Of a stretch of DNA of 64,000 nucleotides, positions 12,760 to 26,349 are shown in pieces. The position numbers and the translations under genes were made by a program. Numbering within the stretch: position 1 is the first letter of the stretch; every line of letters starts with the position of its first letter. Origin of the DNA: Dicyema japonicum (taxonomy: Eukaryota; Animalia; Dicyemida); assembly GCA_011109175.1 (NCBI GenBank), contig RDEW01000018.1:16895-80894 (forward strand), given 5' to 3'. Under the pieces are notes generated by a model. It was not told the origin of the DNA. It made no database searches and saw nothing but the letters and a program-made list of their open reading frames with translations.

Positions 12760-13418
12760 TTATTTAGTTTGAGGAAGGCCAAATTCATCAAGTTGGACGG
12801 ATGACTGAGCATCCGGAAGAGTTGAAGGCACTGAAGGGATATCTGAGGCATCAAAAGTTTCAGAAGTCCCCACACCAAAGTCCAATCCAGCAAATTCTGC
12901 CTCCAAATCTGCATCATCTACGTACTCGGAGTTCCCGACAGTCCCCAATACTTCCTGAATCTCATCTGCCTGCTGCATATAGTCCATCATGTCATCTTGG
13001 AGGTCTTCAATATTACCAAGGTTGATGTTCTTATAAGCCTTCTTAAACTCTCCCACGCCAGCCTTCATAGCAGTCACCGTGTTCTTGGCGTCCTTTACTG
13101 TTTGAATGGCAAAGTCCATTTGACCAATGTTGAAGGATTGGTCCCTTAAATTGTTGATCTGGTTTTCGTAGACCTTCTTTTGACGGAGTATACGAAGAGC
13201 CTTTTGTTTAAGCAAATCTTTGCCAGACTTATTCGTGCATTTCTCCATTTGATCCTTCAGTTTACACAGTTCTGTATTCATTTGATTTATTTTCTTTTCA
13301 ATAACTTCGACTCTAGTGTCTATCTGTGGGGTTAGATAATGGGGGTTACATTAGTGACTGTGTCTCCCAAGCTTTGTTGTGGTTGTGTTGGTTTTGACCG
13401 ACCAAATAATCTGTTCAT
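12760..13418 (-). CDS. CHMP5: Charged multivesicular body protein 5 (ESCRT-III, Vps60)
   Basis: MNRLFGRSKP start; one 26-nt GT-AG intron (13324-13349) joins in frame to KQKALRILRQKKVYENQ...QSFN...IEDLQDDM...DEFGLPQ. Intact frame. Confidence 0.95.
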
Positions 13419-13474
13419 TAACAAATAGTTGAGCGAAAAATAACAACAACAAAATAAATTTGTTTATTTAAATT

Positions 13475-14589
13475 ATTTTATTTAACAAACAATAAAAAAG
13501 TTAATATATTTATAATCAACAACCTTCCTCGCCTGCCTGTTCGCCAGCCTCCTCAGGCAGGTTCGATTCTGGTTGCTGAAACAACTCCGAGAGCGCCTTG
13601 ACCATTGAACCCTCCTACTATATGGCATCTCAGGGCTCTGCCTCCTATACTCCAGTGTCAGGCTCTCTAGGGTCCGCTTTAACATAGTGGACTGTAGATA
13701 GGCCTGAAGCTTCCTATCTACCGCCAACTGCTTCAGATAACCCTTGTGGTACTTCGTTGCAATTCCTTCCCATGTCATTACTATAGGAATAACGAGGACC
13801 TTGTAACCAAGCATCTGCCCCATCTCGTTTGTAAGAAAGACATACTTCCTTTTTTTCTCCACCTTCACAGTCTGCAAACGATTTTATTGTGCTTGACTAG
13901 CACCGTGGTACGGATAACACTGTCTACCTTAATTTGGACCCTGGTGTTCTCTACTACAGATTGCACCTTATGAGTCCGCAACTTTCTGGTGTGGTGAATA
14001 CCATACTTATTGCATAGTAGAAGATGAAGACTCCTTACCACCTCGTTATGCCTTCACACATAGTCGTGGCAAATCATAGATTCACATCGAGTAGCTAAAT
14101 GATCAACCGACATGCTCCTTGACTTACAGTGGGGACATGTATTTGTTGATCGACCCCAAAAAATATTGCTGTCTTGCATATACGTGTACAGCGCCTCCGA
14201 TCGAAGTGAGTTGTCACCGTATTTTAGTCATATTGTCGACGACTTAAGGTCGACATATGGGTTGTCCAATGCTCTGAAGAGGACCTTATGAAGGTTTTTA
14301 AGTTGATCTTTTTTATCAAATTATTATATTGTAATTCGATCAACGCCTTCACATTTACTAGCCCACCATCATCAACACCATACTTAGCAGACAAAAAAGG
14401 TCTGATAGTGCCTAGGTGGGTTGCCCGTGTTTCCTGGTCGTTATTATGGCGTGCTTCCTAGCAGACACACTTGACCCAGCTATCAGGGTGTCGTGCATTC
14501 GCATTAGGATACGCTCACTTAGTTGGACTACTCCACACAGTCCAGGCCGAATTTATCACGGGGTAAATATAGTCTCTCCTTATTGGCTA
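13475..14589 (-). mobile_element. 5'-truncated copy of the R4/NeSL-like element at 42898-46294
   Basis: Reverse complement is near-identical by eye to about 45110-46294, including the CCHC knuckle, RLE domain and 3' UTR ending TTGTTAAATAAAAT. Confidence 0.9.
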
Positions 14590-16484
14590 CTTTTTATCGA
14601 AAATACAAAATTACACGTCTATTTGGATGTACTCACCGGGAAAATATGAACTCTATCACCCTCATTTGCTAGCAAACAATTTCCCGATTCGAAAGGGAAA
14701 TTGTTGATACCGCAAACCGGTTCTTTTACGGTCATTGATGATCTTTCGAAAAATACAACTCCATACAAGGTAACTGACCAAGTAACTATCAACGACCGAA
14801 ATCCCATTATCTAGAATCAAGAGAGATTCTTGGCTTGTGAGGAGGAGATGTGCCAATTCAACTACAAATATGTACGAATGAATAACACCGGATGATGGAT
14901 TTCAACGAGAAAATAAAAACCTGGTCCTTGGATCACTATATAAACAGTAAATCAAGCCTGTCATCTTTTACGCATGGACATCATGGAGCCTTTTCATCTC
15001 TTGGATCAATTCTGTTAGGATCAGAGCCACTCGGAAAAGAGCAAACAGTTGACATTCGGAGTGAAATGTTCGTAACCGACACCTCTACTGGCCTTAATTC
15101 TGAGAAATGGAGGTACTTGTTTCTTATATCGATATCCGAGAGTTTTATCAAGGGAGGTGAAACCACTCAAATAAATATTTAAAAGTAGATTCACTATCAG
15201 TAAATGAAAAAAGTAGATTCAGTTGGAGATTTATTTTGCAATTAACTTTGTTCTAAACTAATTGCGAATTTAAACAGACTCACTTATTGAGGCGAAGTTG
15301 TAGTGATTTTGGTGGTGAATTGTTGCTAGGAGTGAATAGAAAAGGGAAAGTCACTAATAATCCATCCCCAGGAAACATCTAAAAATAAATAAATAATAAA
15401 TTGCATAAAAAACTTGTTAGCACATGACCAATGTTTATATGTGGAGTTATTACTTTTTTATTTCCTGCGTACTTGGTTTCATTAGAAGATTCAATCTACG
15501 TGATTTTAAAACAAACTTTCAAAAGTTCTTTTATCACAGATGCTTGTGTAAAAGTACGGGTTTTTTCCAGTTTAACCGTATCAAATAGAGCTTAGTAATG
15601 ATAGCACCCTTTGTCAGGAATAACATGAACTTCGATAACTTATCATAAAGCGTAATATTTTATTGTGCAGAAACTGAGGTATCGATTGTCTAATCTATTT
15701 TTGAATTATTATGTCATTTTCTCAATAATTAGTATATTTTAGTATATTATTTTGGGAATATAATTAGATTATATTAAATAATGATTTGAATAACTAATAA
15801 ATCTTCATATTCTCTAATTTTATTTAAAAACCTTGTTATCTTTATGGTAGTCCATTAAAAAAAGAATTTATCACTTTCCGACCCAGTTTGGAAATTTTTA
15901 GGGATAATAAGTGATAGTATTTATCTGATTTAGTGCGGTTATAACTGATCAGATATGGGGTTTCTCTTAACTGATCAGATTTGGTTTCTATTAGGGTTTT
16001 AACATATTTTGAGGTTCAAAGTAAAAATATTTGTTAATTAACGATTTATGGTCTCTCAAGTGTCCTTAAACTCCAAGGTCTTTGTAGTCTCTCAAGGCAA
16101 TTTCAATATTATTACAATTTGATTGCATTGTGTATTATTAAACGATAGTAATATTCTTAATCAATCTTAGTTTTGTTTGTGGTTTACTTTAAATCTTTTA
16201 ATTAATTACTCAATATATAACGAAATACACAAGTTCAGAGATATATGAATATTAACAAAGTCAATTAGGTCATCAGGTAAAACGAAAATATCAAAGATAT
16301 TTTATCATAAATTTCAAATTTACTATTTTCAACAGATGTACGAGGCCACTTGAGAGAATGTTGAAGAATTTGATCAAAATATAATAATTTTTGAATGTTT
16401 TAATTTAGAAGTAACCGGTCAACTACGGCAGAAATAACCGTGATTTAATTCAAAAACTGCGCAATTATTAAAAATTGGCTTTGG

Positions 16485-17705
16485 ATGGATATCCTATATA
16501 TTGTTTCATCAACTATTCAAAACAGATTTGATGATGACTTTGTGGATCGTCTCAATCATATCTATAGTTCTACACTGATGATTTTATTTTTCAATAATCA
16601 TCACTACCCGGTGTTACGTTGGGGAACCAATTCAGTGCTGGTGTCCAGCCCAATTCACTCGTATTTTTAAAATTGAGATTTTAGCGAACTATATGAAATA
16701 TGCTGCTGACATTTGTTGGATCAAAAATACCTACCGTATTCCAACGAATCGGAGATTTCCAGAAAGTGATAACATCGAGATAAACCTCAACTAAAGTATT
16801 ATCAGTGGATGCCTATTATCATGCTGTCGATGGCCTTGTTCTATCAGATCCCTTGCTTGCTTTGGCGCTCCTACAACGGCGCTGGAGGAATCAATCTTGG
16901 TTACATGATCTTTGCTGCAAATAAGTGCGTTGAATCTCCGATATATATAATAAAGGATAATTACATCAAATTGATGACCAAGTATTTAGATATGTATTTG
17001 GATATGAGGGAACGTAGAAATATACCAATATTCAAAAAGATGTTCATCGAAAAGTTCATTGATTTTATCTGCCCCTTTAAAGGGAGAAAAAGGGGAGATT
17101 ACATGACAATGCTCTATGTGACCATCAAATTCTTGTACCTCATGAATACGATGTGTCAGTTCTTTTTAATTGATATTCTACTTTCTAATGGTCATGTCTC
17201 CTTCTATGGAATTGAAATGGTGCGACATTTAATAACAGGGACTGCTTTCGAAGGATCAGTCTATTTCCCACGTATTACTCATTGCGATTTTAACATCAGG
17301 GAGATGGGTAGAGTCGCTTTTGGTCATCGGTACACCATCCAGTGTGTTCTCTCAATCAACATTTTTTCTGAAGCAATGTTTGCATTTTACTGGTTTTGGC
17401 TAGTTGTGATGAACATTCTTAATTTATTCATGCTCTTTAAATGGATCTGGTTCTCCTTGGTCGTTTCAAATAACATTGCTTATATAAGAAAGCATATTAG
17501 AAGTGAACTTATTAATGAATTCGATGTCTATACGACTCTGAAAGATTTTGTTTACAATCATTTACGGTCTGACGGAGTGTTTATTATGAAAATGATTTCA
17601 ATCAATTCTTGTTTTACGGTTGTGACTGATCTGGTTAGTGCTATGTACGAGAACTTTAAATTGCAAACAATACCATTGGAGAATTGGGTCCAAATCAGTA
17701 ATTAG
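16485..17705 (+). CDS. Innexin (gap-junction / hemichannel protein)
   Basis: DDDFVDRLN, GEPIQCWCPAQFT, CWIKNTY, YYQWMP, FPRITHCDF and QCVLSIN, with four hydrophobic segments. One 24-nt intron at 16661-16684. Two 1-nt homopolymer indels (about 16590 and 16770) are needed. Confidence 0.93.
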
Positions 17706-17959
17706 TAATAACTTTTTCCTTTAACATGATTTAGTTAATTAATAATATTTATAAGATAATACCAGCACGGTTTACATAACACAGAAATTTGTCAGTAAAG
17801 ATGATAGTTTTTCAACTGCATTATTAAGAATGGCACGATTAAAAAACCGATTTAAAACTGATTTAATCTATAAAAGAATTATAGCGTGGTTCACATGGTG
17901 GCGCTCAGTGTAAATGAGACATAAAAAACCATTTGATCCTCCCTAATTCAACGGCAACT

Positions 17960-18280
17960 TTGATTGGATTGCTTTGTAATATTCATATTCTCTCCTTGTT
18001 GGGACCAAACCTCAGTCATAGTTCCTCTCTAACGATTCTTCAGCTAAATGTTAACGGTGCTATTTGATTACAAATGTGAACATTACACTTAAACACGGAT
18101 CGAAGGTTTCCAAATCTGTCCCTACTCCTCGTTTCACGAGATGCTCTGTAATGAGAAAGGACAAGGTGAAGAGATCTGATGGAAGACTCCTAACAATTAT
18201 CAGTTGTTATCTTTCTTTGTGAAGAGGATAATATCCATGATTAGATTTCAATTGAACTATTTCTTTCACCATCGAGACGG
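17960..18280 (+). mobile_element. LINE endonuclease N-terminal fragment
   Basis: CTAACGATTCTTCAGCTAAATGTTAACGG (LTILQLNVNG) resembles the start of the APE domain at about 62015; the rest is degenerate. Confidence 0.5.
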
Positions 18281-18906
18281 TTTATACTCTCGGTAGATAT
18301 AAAAACAAAAAATGCAATATTTTTTGTCTTATTAAATTAAAAATTTTGAATAAAAAAAATAATTCAAAAAAATTGGCAAATTAAAATACAAGATTTGTAT
18401 GGCTAATAGTTATTTTTATTGAAAATTAGAAACTTTTGTAAAAATACAAAAAATGAAAATAAATTATCATTCTTATAAAGGTTCATCTCTATAAATGTCG
18501 TTTGCTCCGTCACTGGTTCATAACAAGGTTTCTCCGTGAAAATATTTTTTTAGTTGTGCCTTAAACTAGAGGTACTTCTTATTCAGAATGATAGGAGCTA
18601 CATGATCTATTGAGCAAAATCTTGGTTTTGATAGACTCCGGGTCCTCACTCTTCCATTTACCTTCCAGAAAGAAAAATTGTGCTTAGTTAGTATTCATTG
18701 TTAATAGTTCTACCTACACTCATTTCAGCTTCTAAAATGCTCCAGCAATTTCTTTTGCAGGTCGCCGATTTTTTAAGACAATGCTAAACGGTCCTGTGGA
18801 TTTTCGCATCTTCTTAGTTTATCAGATTATTTTTTTAACAAAATCTTCTTGATGGCCAGGGAATAAACAATATCATCGTTACTTGAGTATGATATATTTT
18901 TTGAAT

Positions 18907-18955
18907 TTTATTTCTATCTTTTTAACCCAGTGATCCTGGGGGTAATAATAATAAT
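18907..18955 (+). repeat. Isolated LINE 3' terminus with (TAA)n tail
   Basis: TTTTAACCCAGTGATCCTGGGGGTAATAATAATAAT matches the end of the insertion at 37042-37146. Confidence 0.55.
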
Positions 18956-18999
18956 TTTCTAACAATACTTTTCAGGTAATTTATGATCAGATTTGTTAT

Positions 19000-19560
19000 T
19001 TGTTTACCCGTGTGATCAATTTCCAGGAGTCTCGGATTCACTATGACCTAACAGTAACTCTTTTGCGATGAAAATTCGATTGAGACAAATTTAATTTCTT
19101 ATTGTCGTAACCAAAGACTCCAGGCTTACAAACTCTCCTCAGATTAACATCGGAATGTGGTCGCTGCCAATATCCTGAAGAGTGATCGCTACGTCTGTAA
19201 TAGCAAAAGAAATTAGGAAGACGGCAAGCTTTTTACGTCTAAAAAAAGATAAGTGATTGTCTTTTTTAGACGCAAAGACTCTTACCCCAAAACCTTAAAA
19301 TAGATCTTTCAGGAGCTTACCATCCCAGTTTTCTTTCCTACAGCCTAACTTAAGATTTCCTCCTAGAATGACCATAGGGTTTTCACATAACTCAGAGATC
19401 TCTTCGGTACATTCTCTCAGAGATTTTAAATACAGACCGCTGATAGCGATCGAACCGTGGACGCAACAAACATCAATAGCGCCAAACTTACACAAAGCTG
19501 ACGCGAAAGTTCTCAAATTCCTTAACTTTAAGTGACACTGATAAAAAATGATGTCCCGGT
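19000..19560 (-). mobile_element. LINE endonuclease fragment
   Basis: ORF 19295-19516 contains NPMVILGGNLKLG...NWDGKLLKD, resembling the APE GDFN region. Confidence 0.5.
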
Positions 19561-20359
19561 CCCTGATGTTACCCCTTCTTTTTAAAGTATAGATACAGAT
19601 TTGAAATCTGGCAGTACTGAAATCTCATCTATCTTTATCTTCGTTTCGATTTTATTACTTAAAAACCTCTTTATGTTTCACTAAGTTAAGAATTATTTTA
19701 AGCGGATTGGTTCGACTTCGGCACTTATGTAGACGGCCAATTAAATGTTCAGTAAACAAGGCAACGAAAGTTTTATCCTCAACAATCAAGTAGAGAATAA
19801 GTTATACATTCGGTTATTATCTTACTAGAGGTTCAAACCGAATCAGGAAACTTAAGTTTTTTGTCATATTCATGTACAGTTTTCTGAAAGACAAAGTACA
19901 TTATTAACAGGGAAAATCAAAAGGAAAACCTCCAGCCTTTTTCAATCTGCATGAAATCTTGAGAATAAACTGCTAGAACATTAAGTCTCAACCAGGTACA
20001 AAAAATAATCTCGTCCCTCATGCGTGAATCAATGCAGACAAAAGGCTACTTTTCTCGCTGAACATCATATTTCAGATACTACCTATTCTGAGGGAAAATA
20101 AAGTGACCTGATCAATAGAACAGAATTTATTAGGCAATGTTCTATGCCAAGAAAATAAATAATTGATATATTTAATGTAATGATCTCAGAAAGAGCCATT
20201 ATTAATGTTGCATGTTGTTGGCAGCCGATTACATTAGCAAACGACCTTCTAGCCATGCATCACAAAAATAATAATAAAACGTGACATAAAATTAATTTAT
20301 ATAAATTTAAAAATTTTATATCAATCTAATTTAAAATATTTATTATTAAATTTTACGAA

Positions 20360-22505
20360 TACCTAGAGGTGGGGGAACCTCGTACTTGAAAAGTTCAATG
20401 AAAAGTACTCCAAGTGTTCCAGCTTATGGCAGCTAAAGAAGATACTGAAACCTGAAAATTAGAATAAAAATGAAAAAAATGGAAGCGAATGTTTCAAAGG
20501 GCAAAATAATATTAATGTGGAAATTTCCACCTTCAGAAATTGCCTAGAGGACTAAAAGTCAAATTGAGAAAATTAAGTCAATCCCGAGGAATACTCAAAA
20601 GCCAACACCCAGAATTCAGAGAAATTATGTCAGAGTTAATGTTTTGTTGGGAGTAAATTCTGCAATTATCGTATTACGAATAGATAATCCGCCTCAAGAT
20701 ATTCAAATTACTGATATTCTATATGCTGTACAGTGTGCTTCTATGGTTTTAACTGCGAAGGTTAAGCCGAGAGTACGTGGTTGGTATAACACTGAAGAAA
20801 ATCTCAAAGCTGATAGCAGAACTAGAATTGTCAATATTTTTTCAGACAGCTTTCCCTGCGTTTGAAAACAAAAGGTTATGGATGTTCTTTGTGCCTATTG
20901 ATACAAAAGGGCAAAAAGGGGAGCTTGCCAGGATTGAGGCTCTACTATGTGACCTTGTCAGAATTAAGAAGCAAATGGCTGCACATATTCGAGTAAGGAC
21001 TTTCGTAAGGACAACTGTTGTTTTGAATTAAATCGAAGAAGATTTTGTCGGAAACTATCACAAGCAATCAAGTAACGTTACATAGTTTCGATGATGAGGA
21101 TTGTATGTCGTTCTGGGAAAAAATGTGCTCTAAAAAAATGAGATGCCCGTGTCATATGACAGTGTTGGTAAAGTAAATACTGGTATTAAAGGCATGTTGC
21201 CAGAGTTCACAAATGAATTTATCTTGGATGTTATTAAATGGCTCCCCGATTGGAGAGAATAACCATGCTTTCAAAAACTAAGTTGAATACTGCGAACTTG
21301 TTTTGTGCAATAAATGAATACGCAATTTTCCTATATAACTATTATATTGGACTAATTAATTTTGAACCTTATGAATTTGATGATATTACCAACAAATACG
21401 GCAACTGCTTATGTAACTCAAGTTGCATCTAAAACCTGCAAAAAAAGAGAGGCTGTATTTGGACAGGAAGACTTTTGGAAGAGGACTTACGTCGATTTCA
21501 TTAAAGAGCGAATTAATTCTTTTCCAGTTCCTTAATAAGTTTGGAAAAACAGTCGACTTTGTGCTTGCGAATAACGGGGATTCTGCGAGTAATAAAAACA
21601 AAAAATGGCACTTGGCTACAATCGCAGGATTTCTTGCCTCTAAATATGCAATTGCCGACAGGAAAGCATGGATATTAAGTCCCTCAAGGACACTCAGAGG
21701 AAATATATGTTAAATAATATTAATTGCAAACACTACACTCGATTATGATCAAATGTATGGATGAACCAAATGTCGACTTATCTACTTCCTCAGAATGGTT
21801 ATCCAAGGAAATAACGGCCCACAGAGCGAAGCAATGTACTGTCTTCTGCGAGATAGGAATCTTCATCTTGTCGAATTTATGGAATCAAAAAAAGCAGGAA
21901 ATTGAAGGGACATTCGGTTCAGTCAATATTGACGAATCAAAATGTCGAAATTAGAGTTGACACGTCGATTTTGACAGAAACAAAAGTCCAATTCAATAAA
22001 CCTGATATTTTTGTTTACGACAAAATAAAGAAATAAGTAGCCTTAATCGAAGTGGGGATTACCTCACATGACCGACTAAAGCAAGTTGAAGTTGAGAAAC
22101 TTTACAAATTTGACTTGCTTGCAAACGAACTTTCGCTACTCTATGAATGCCAAGTGAAGATTATTCCAGTGGATTTGACATGGGATGGAGTTGTCTCTAG
22201 TTGCTTCAAGAATCATATGGAAAAATTATCTATTGAAAAATCAACGAAAACTTACATCCAATCGGTTGTGCTGAAGAGAATGCTCAAAAGTATGCTCATT
22301 GAACATAAGCATGGGATGAAGGCATACGATGAAGAGTATGCCTCTGCTACCTCCCAACTTGTGGAACTAGCATGCCGTGAGGACAGCCCACTGGACTCTA
22401 ACAGAGATATTTCGACTAAATCTGGTGTGGAGATGGGGAGTAACAGGGAGTTAATGCTACACTCTTTTAAAGATCAATGTTGTATTGTCTATACTAATTA
22501 AATTT
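20360..22505 (+). mobile_element. R4/NeSL-like RLE non-LTR element, second subfamily, RT core deleted
   Basis: LNTANLFCAINEYAI, KERLYLDRKTFGRGL, NKPDIFVYDK, EVGITSHDRLKQVEVEKLYKFDLLANEL and TWDGVV are colinear with 44771-46221. The sequence jumps from IKWLPDW directly to post-RT at about 21255. Confidence 0.85.
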
Positions 22506-22599
22506 CCGAAAAATTGAGTGAACCAGATATGAAGAATTTGAGTTTCTGAAAATTTCGATTAATATCACCCCGTCATTTCAATGCACTTTCAATGCTAAT

Positions 22600-23380
22600 T
22601 TGAATTTCTGGTCGCTAATACAAGATCCCAGAGATCCGGGAGATAGGTGACAACGGGAGACAGCCCATGTGGGTAAAACAATCTATGGAATCGATCATTA
22701 ACGAGGATATTCAACCACTCTATTAACCAAAATTATATTCCAGCCTTATGGAAGTTTGCTCATCTACGTCCAATTTTGAAACCCGGTAAAGTGAAGAAGG
22801 ACCCAGGCTTCATACATACCCGGTCGCGTTATTGTGTTCGGTGTCGAAAATTCTGGAAAGACTGCTTCTTGTAAAGTCATTTCAACATGGTTTTAAAAAG
22901 GAGAGGTCTACTTTTTTAAGTGGGAAGTCCGTCACAACCCTATTTACTTCAGACAAGAGACTGGGAATACTGAAGCGGAAATCATCCTATTTTGAGTACT
23001 ATATAAAAACAATACATTGAACCATGCATCTCTTATCTAGGGGTCCATTCATCTTTTGAACAAATGTCTTGAAGATCGAGGCTAATCAAAAAAGAACCTC
23101 AAAAATCACGGAACGCTGGATTTCTGAAGACTTCCAGCCACCAATGCCTTTTGAAGGCTTGATACACATGAACTGCAGAACGCGTCTACAAAGATTCAGT
23201 CACTTGGCCGATACTTGCTTGTATGGGGTCGAGGGATGGACTATTGGAGGATGAATTTAGTCGGCACAAGCTGACGTTCTTTGTTGAGTTCTTTCCTTGA
23301 ATTAATTATTAGTGACTGTTTGTGTTGGGCTTACCAAAATTGTGAGCCTTTGGTAAATAATAAATTAATTAATTTTATTG
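22600..23380 (+). mobile_element. Jockey/I-like LINE RT-to-3' fragment
   Basis: PILKPGKVKKDP...PVALLCSVSKILERL; FQHGF; AT-rich tail near 23360. Confidence 0.7.
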
Positions 23381-24034
23381 ATTTGTATTATTCTATTTAT
23401 AACAAATTTTCTTTAATTAATATACCGATAGTAGCATGACTCAAATCTCTTATGCGGTAGAAGACAATCTAGGTCATACTTGTTTCACTAAAGGAATGGA
23501 GTCAAACTTAAAAAAGAAATTATTTTAGAATTTTCCTATTTGATGGAATTTACGCCTGAAACATCTACCCATATTCCAATGGTGTACCTATGCCGATGGT
23601 GTGTCTCAATTGCAACCAAATTTATTAAAAATTGATAGAATAGTCAATAAATACCTAAGGAATATGAATAAGAACTATTCTCCAAAAATCTCTTTGCATT
23701 TTTGGGAAATCGTATTTTTTTACTACCATAAAACAAATATCGTTATGTACTATTATCTGCCTAGGGCCAATGATTTGTCTCTACTGAAACTAAATTTACT
23801 AAAAAATAAACTAAATCTCCCTAAGATCGTTTATCGGTCCAGACCATTGGATTACAGTATTGAGAAATCCGGCATATAACAATGCGCTTTTCATTATAAT
23901 TTAAAAAAAACTGCACTCTTACAAAGAGCCAGGAAACACAATTTATTAAATAAAAAACAGTTATTACAACTAATCGTATAGACAATGCTCTTCACTTATC
24001 TTTTTGTTGTCTGTGATTCCTTTATAGAGTATCA

Positions 24035-24215
24035 GGTTTCGCAATGAAATGTTCACTGATGACGGCGTCACTCGTCAAGTCAGACATCATAGATGCGTGG
24101 AACCATCAAACGAATGTCAACGAAATCTCGGAGATTTCATTAGCTACTTTTATTTATTTTTTTTTATTTATTTAACCCAAGACCACTTAAGGCGAGAAAG
24201 ACCAATTGTTGTATT
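24035..24215 (-). repeat. Second copy of the SINE-like body abutting a LINE 3' terminus
   Basis: 24035-24125 matches 12455-12530. 24150-24215 has a (TAAA)n tail plus TAACCCAAGACCAC, matching the 3' end at about 31471-31500. Confidence 0.5.
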
Positions 24216-25999
24216 CCCTAATAATCAAAATTTAAAATTAAATGCTATTTATTTAATCGATATTAATTTCATAATATTTATTATGTAAAATTTATTATAA
24301 ATGATACTTATTTGCAGACTTGTTAACTCGATAAAATTTAAACAACTTTATTTATTTCAAAAATTCACTAATTAAACAATATCAAACATTAATGACATAA
24401 CGATTCCCACAAATAATACACGTAGTAAGGATTGTTATCAGAATATCTCACAAGTTGATGGAAATCACAGAGATCAAATAAAAACAATTACTGATAAATT
24501 CAAGATACATTTTTTCAACGCAAAAACAATCCTTATATAAAAAGAATGAAATTATTATCGCATTTTTTAGTTCCCCACATACGATTAACACTTGTTCCTA
24601 AATTTTGAAGATGTATTATCCGAATTTTTGCCCAGTCCTTGTTTCTTAAACATATGGGAATTATATAATGTTTATATCATACCTAATAAGATTATCCAAC
24701 TATTATTTGATAATTAAAATCCAACATTGATTATGCATAATTTCATATCTTTTGTGTCCAATATTCATTTATTTAATGAATATCTTTCAATCTTAATTCT
24801 TGATATCAATATATTCAGTCCATTTTTCAAATTTCACTTTTTTCTCCAATACATATTATTAAACTATTATTATTATTAAACAATCAACGAAAATGTTTTT
24901 TAACCAAATATCCAGTACAGATTCAACAGGAACATAAAATGACGTTAACCAGACTATTTGAAGTTAAACCACCATACAAAGAGAGTTCATATCCTCTAAT
25001 ATACTGAGAAGTCCCATAACGATCATGTCCACAAAGAGTCACAAACATTATAATATTCTAATTCTCTAATAAATACTCATATGAATTCTTCATATCTCGG
25101 TGACTCATTTTTACTGACGTAAATGTCGGAAGATAGATATTCTCCATAAGTTTTCCTTTCTTTGACTTTCCCTCAGGAATATTTACTTTTTGACCTTTTC
25201 TTTATGCTAATAGTCAGCGATCGTTTTTTCGTTCTGCCAAATAACAACCCAACAACCTCAAAGATGCAACATAACGGCATAATCTATAAATATAATTTAC
25301 TTGATCTAATTGGAGATTATTTTGTACAAGTGTTGGGAAATTTTTCTAGGTAAAACTCACTATTCCCCAAATTGAACAGTCAAAATGAATGGACTCTTCA
25401 GCACAAGCAAATAAGTTGTAACAAATGTCAAATTCTTAAATTTTGATAAATTTCCACAAAACGTAAACTTAGTGAATCAATAATACTGAATATTAGTTTA
25501 TTTATCTTATCAACAATTATCAGCAAAACTTAGAAATGAAAAAAAATTGTTAAATTTGTTCGATAATCACAAAAATGACAAATTATAATTCAATTTTTTT
25601 TTAAATCAAAAATTTATTAACAAAAAAATAAATTAACAGAGAAATGTTATTTTATGTCTATTTTTATATTTCTATTAACTAAATCAATGTATTAATTATT
25701 GATGGAAGCCTATCAATCCTCAGTTAATCATTTTCAACATTGTTGTCTAAAACTATGGTTCGATAAATTGTGTGATGGAAGTAACACCGAAGATTAAAAA
25801 TAAGATTAATTCTACTAATTTCAAAAAAAGATATTAAACAGAAAGTATGTCCAATAATAATATTTAAATACCAGTGTTTCTCGAAGAAGGGCGAAATTTA
25901 TTTTTCAGGTGGCAATTTTTTATTTAGTGATTTTTTTTAAATTATGAAATATTTATGCTTATTATTATAATGCACATTCGAAATAAGAAAGTTATACCT

Positions 26000-26270
26000 T
26001 TCCCGTCGCTTGTGCCACCCCATGATGATCCGGTCTGTTAGACTCCTCCACGGTCTTCTTGAGATTGCAATTTTTCAGAGGCTGTCTAGATCATCTGCGT
26101 CTTCTAATTCCATTTTAACGTGTTTTAGACCGATTTTCATTATTGAAGGCAAAGTTGTTCGTGGCTTCCTTTTAAAAGTCCCTGAGTAGAGGAGTATGAT
26201 TCCATAATATCGTACGCAGGAACGGCATGATTCATCCGTAATATGTCCCCAAATAATCCACATAGGGTGT
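26000..26270 (-). mobile_element. RTE-like LINE 3' end
   Basis: WIIWGHI...KRKPRTTLPSIMKIGL...DDLDSL...W parallels the C-terminus of 47200-49030 (WRLFGHIL...GRPRITLP). Confidence 0.6.
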
Positions 26271-26349
26271 TAATAATAATTGTATCAAATTTAAAAATTT
26301 AAAAAGTATGTATAGGTGATAAATATATAAATATAATATGGTTTTTGAT

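Noticed and set aside
14590-15182. A plus-strand frame with protein-like stretches and a few in-frame stops, suggesting stop-codon reassignment
   Set aside because: Six stops of all three types in about 155 codons is not compelling, and all identified host genes use the standard code with TAA, TAG or TGA as stops.
23420-23880. ORF 23601-23879 as a host gene
   Set aside because: Low-complexity AT-rich translation, no recognisable motif and no consistent micro-intron solution.
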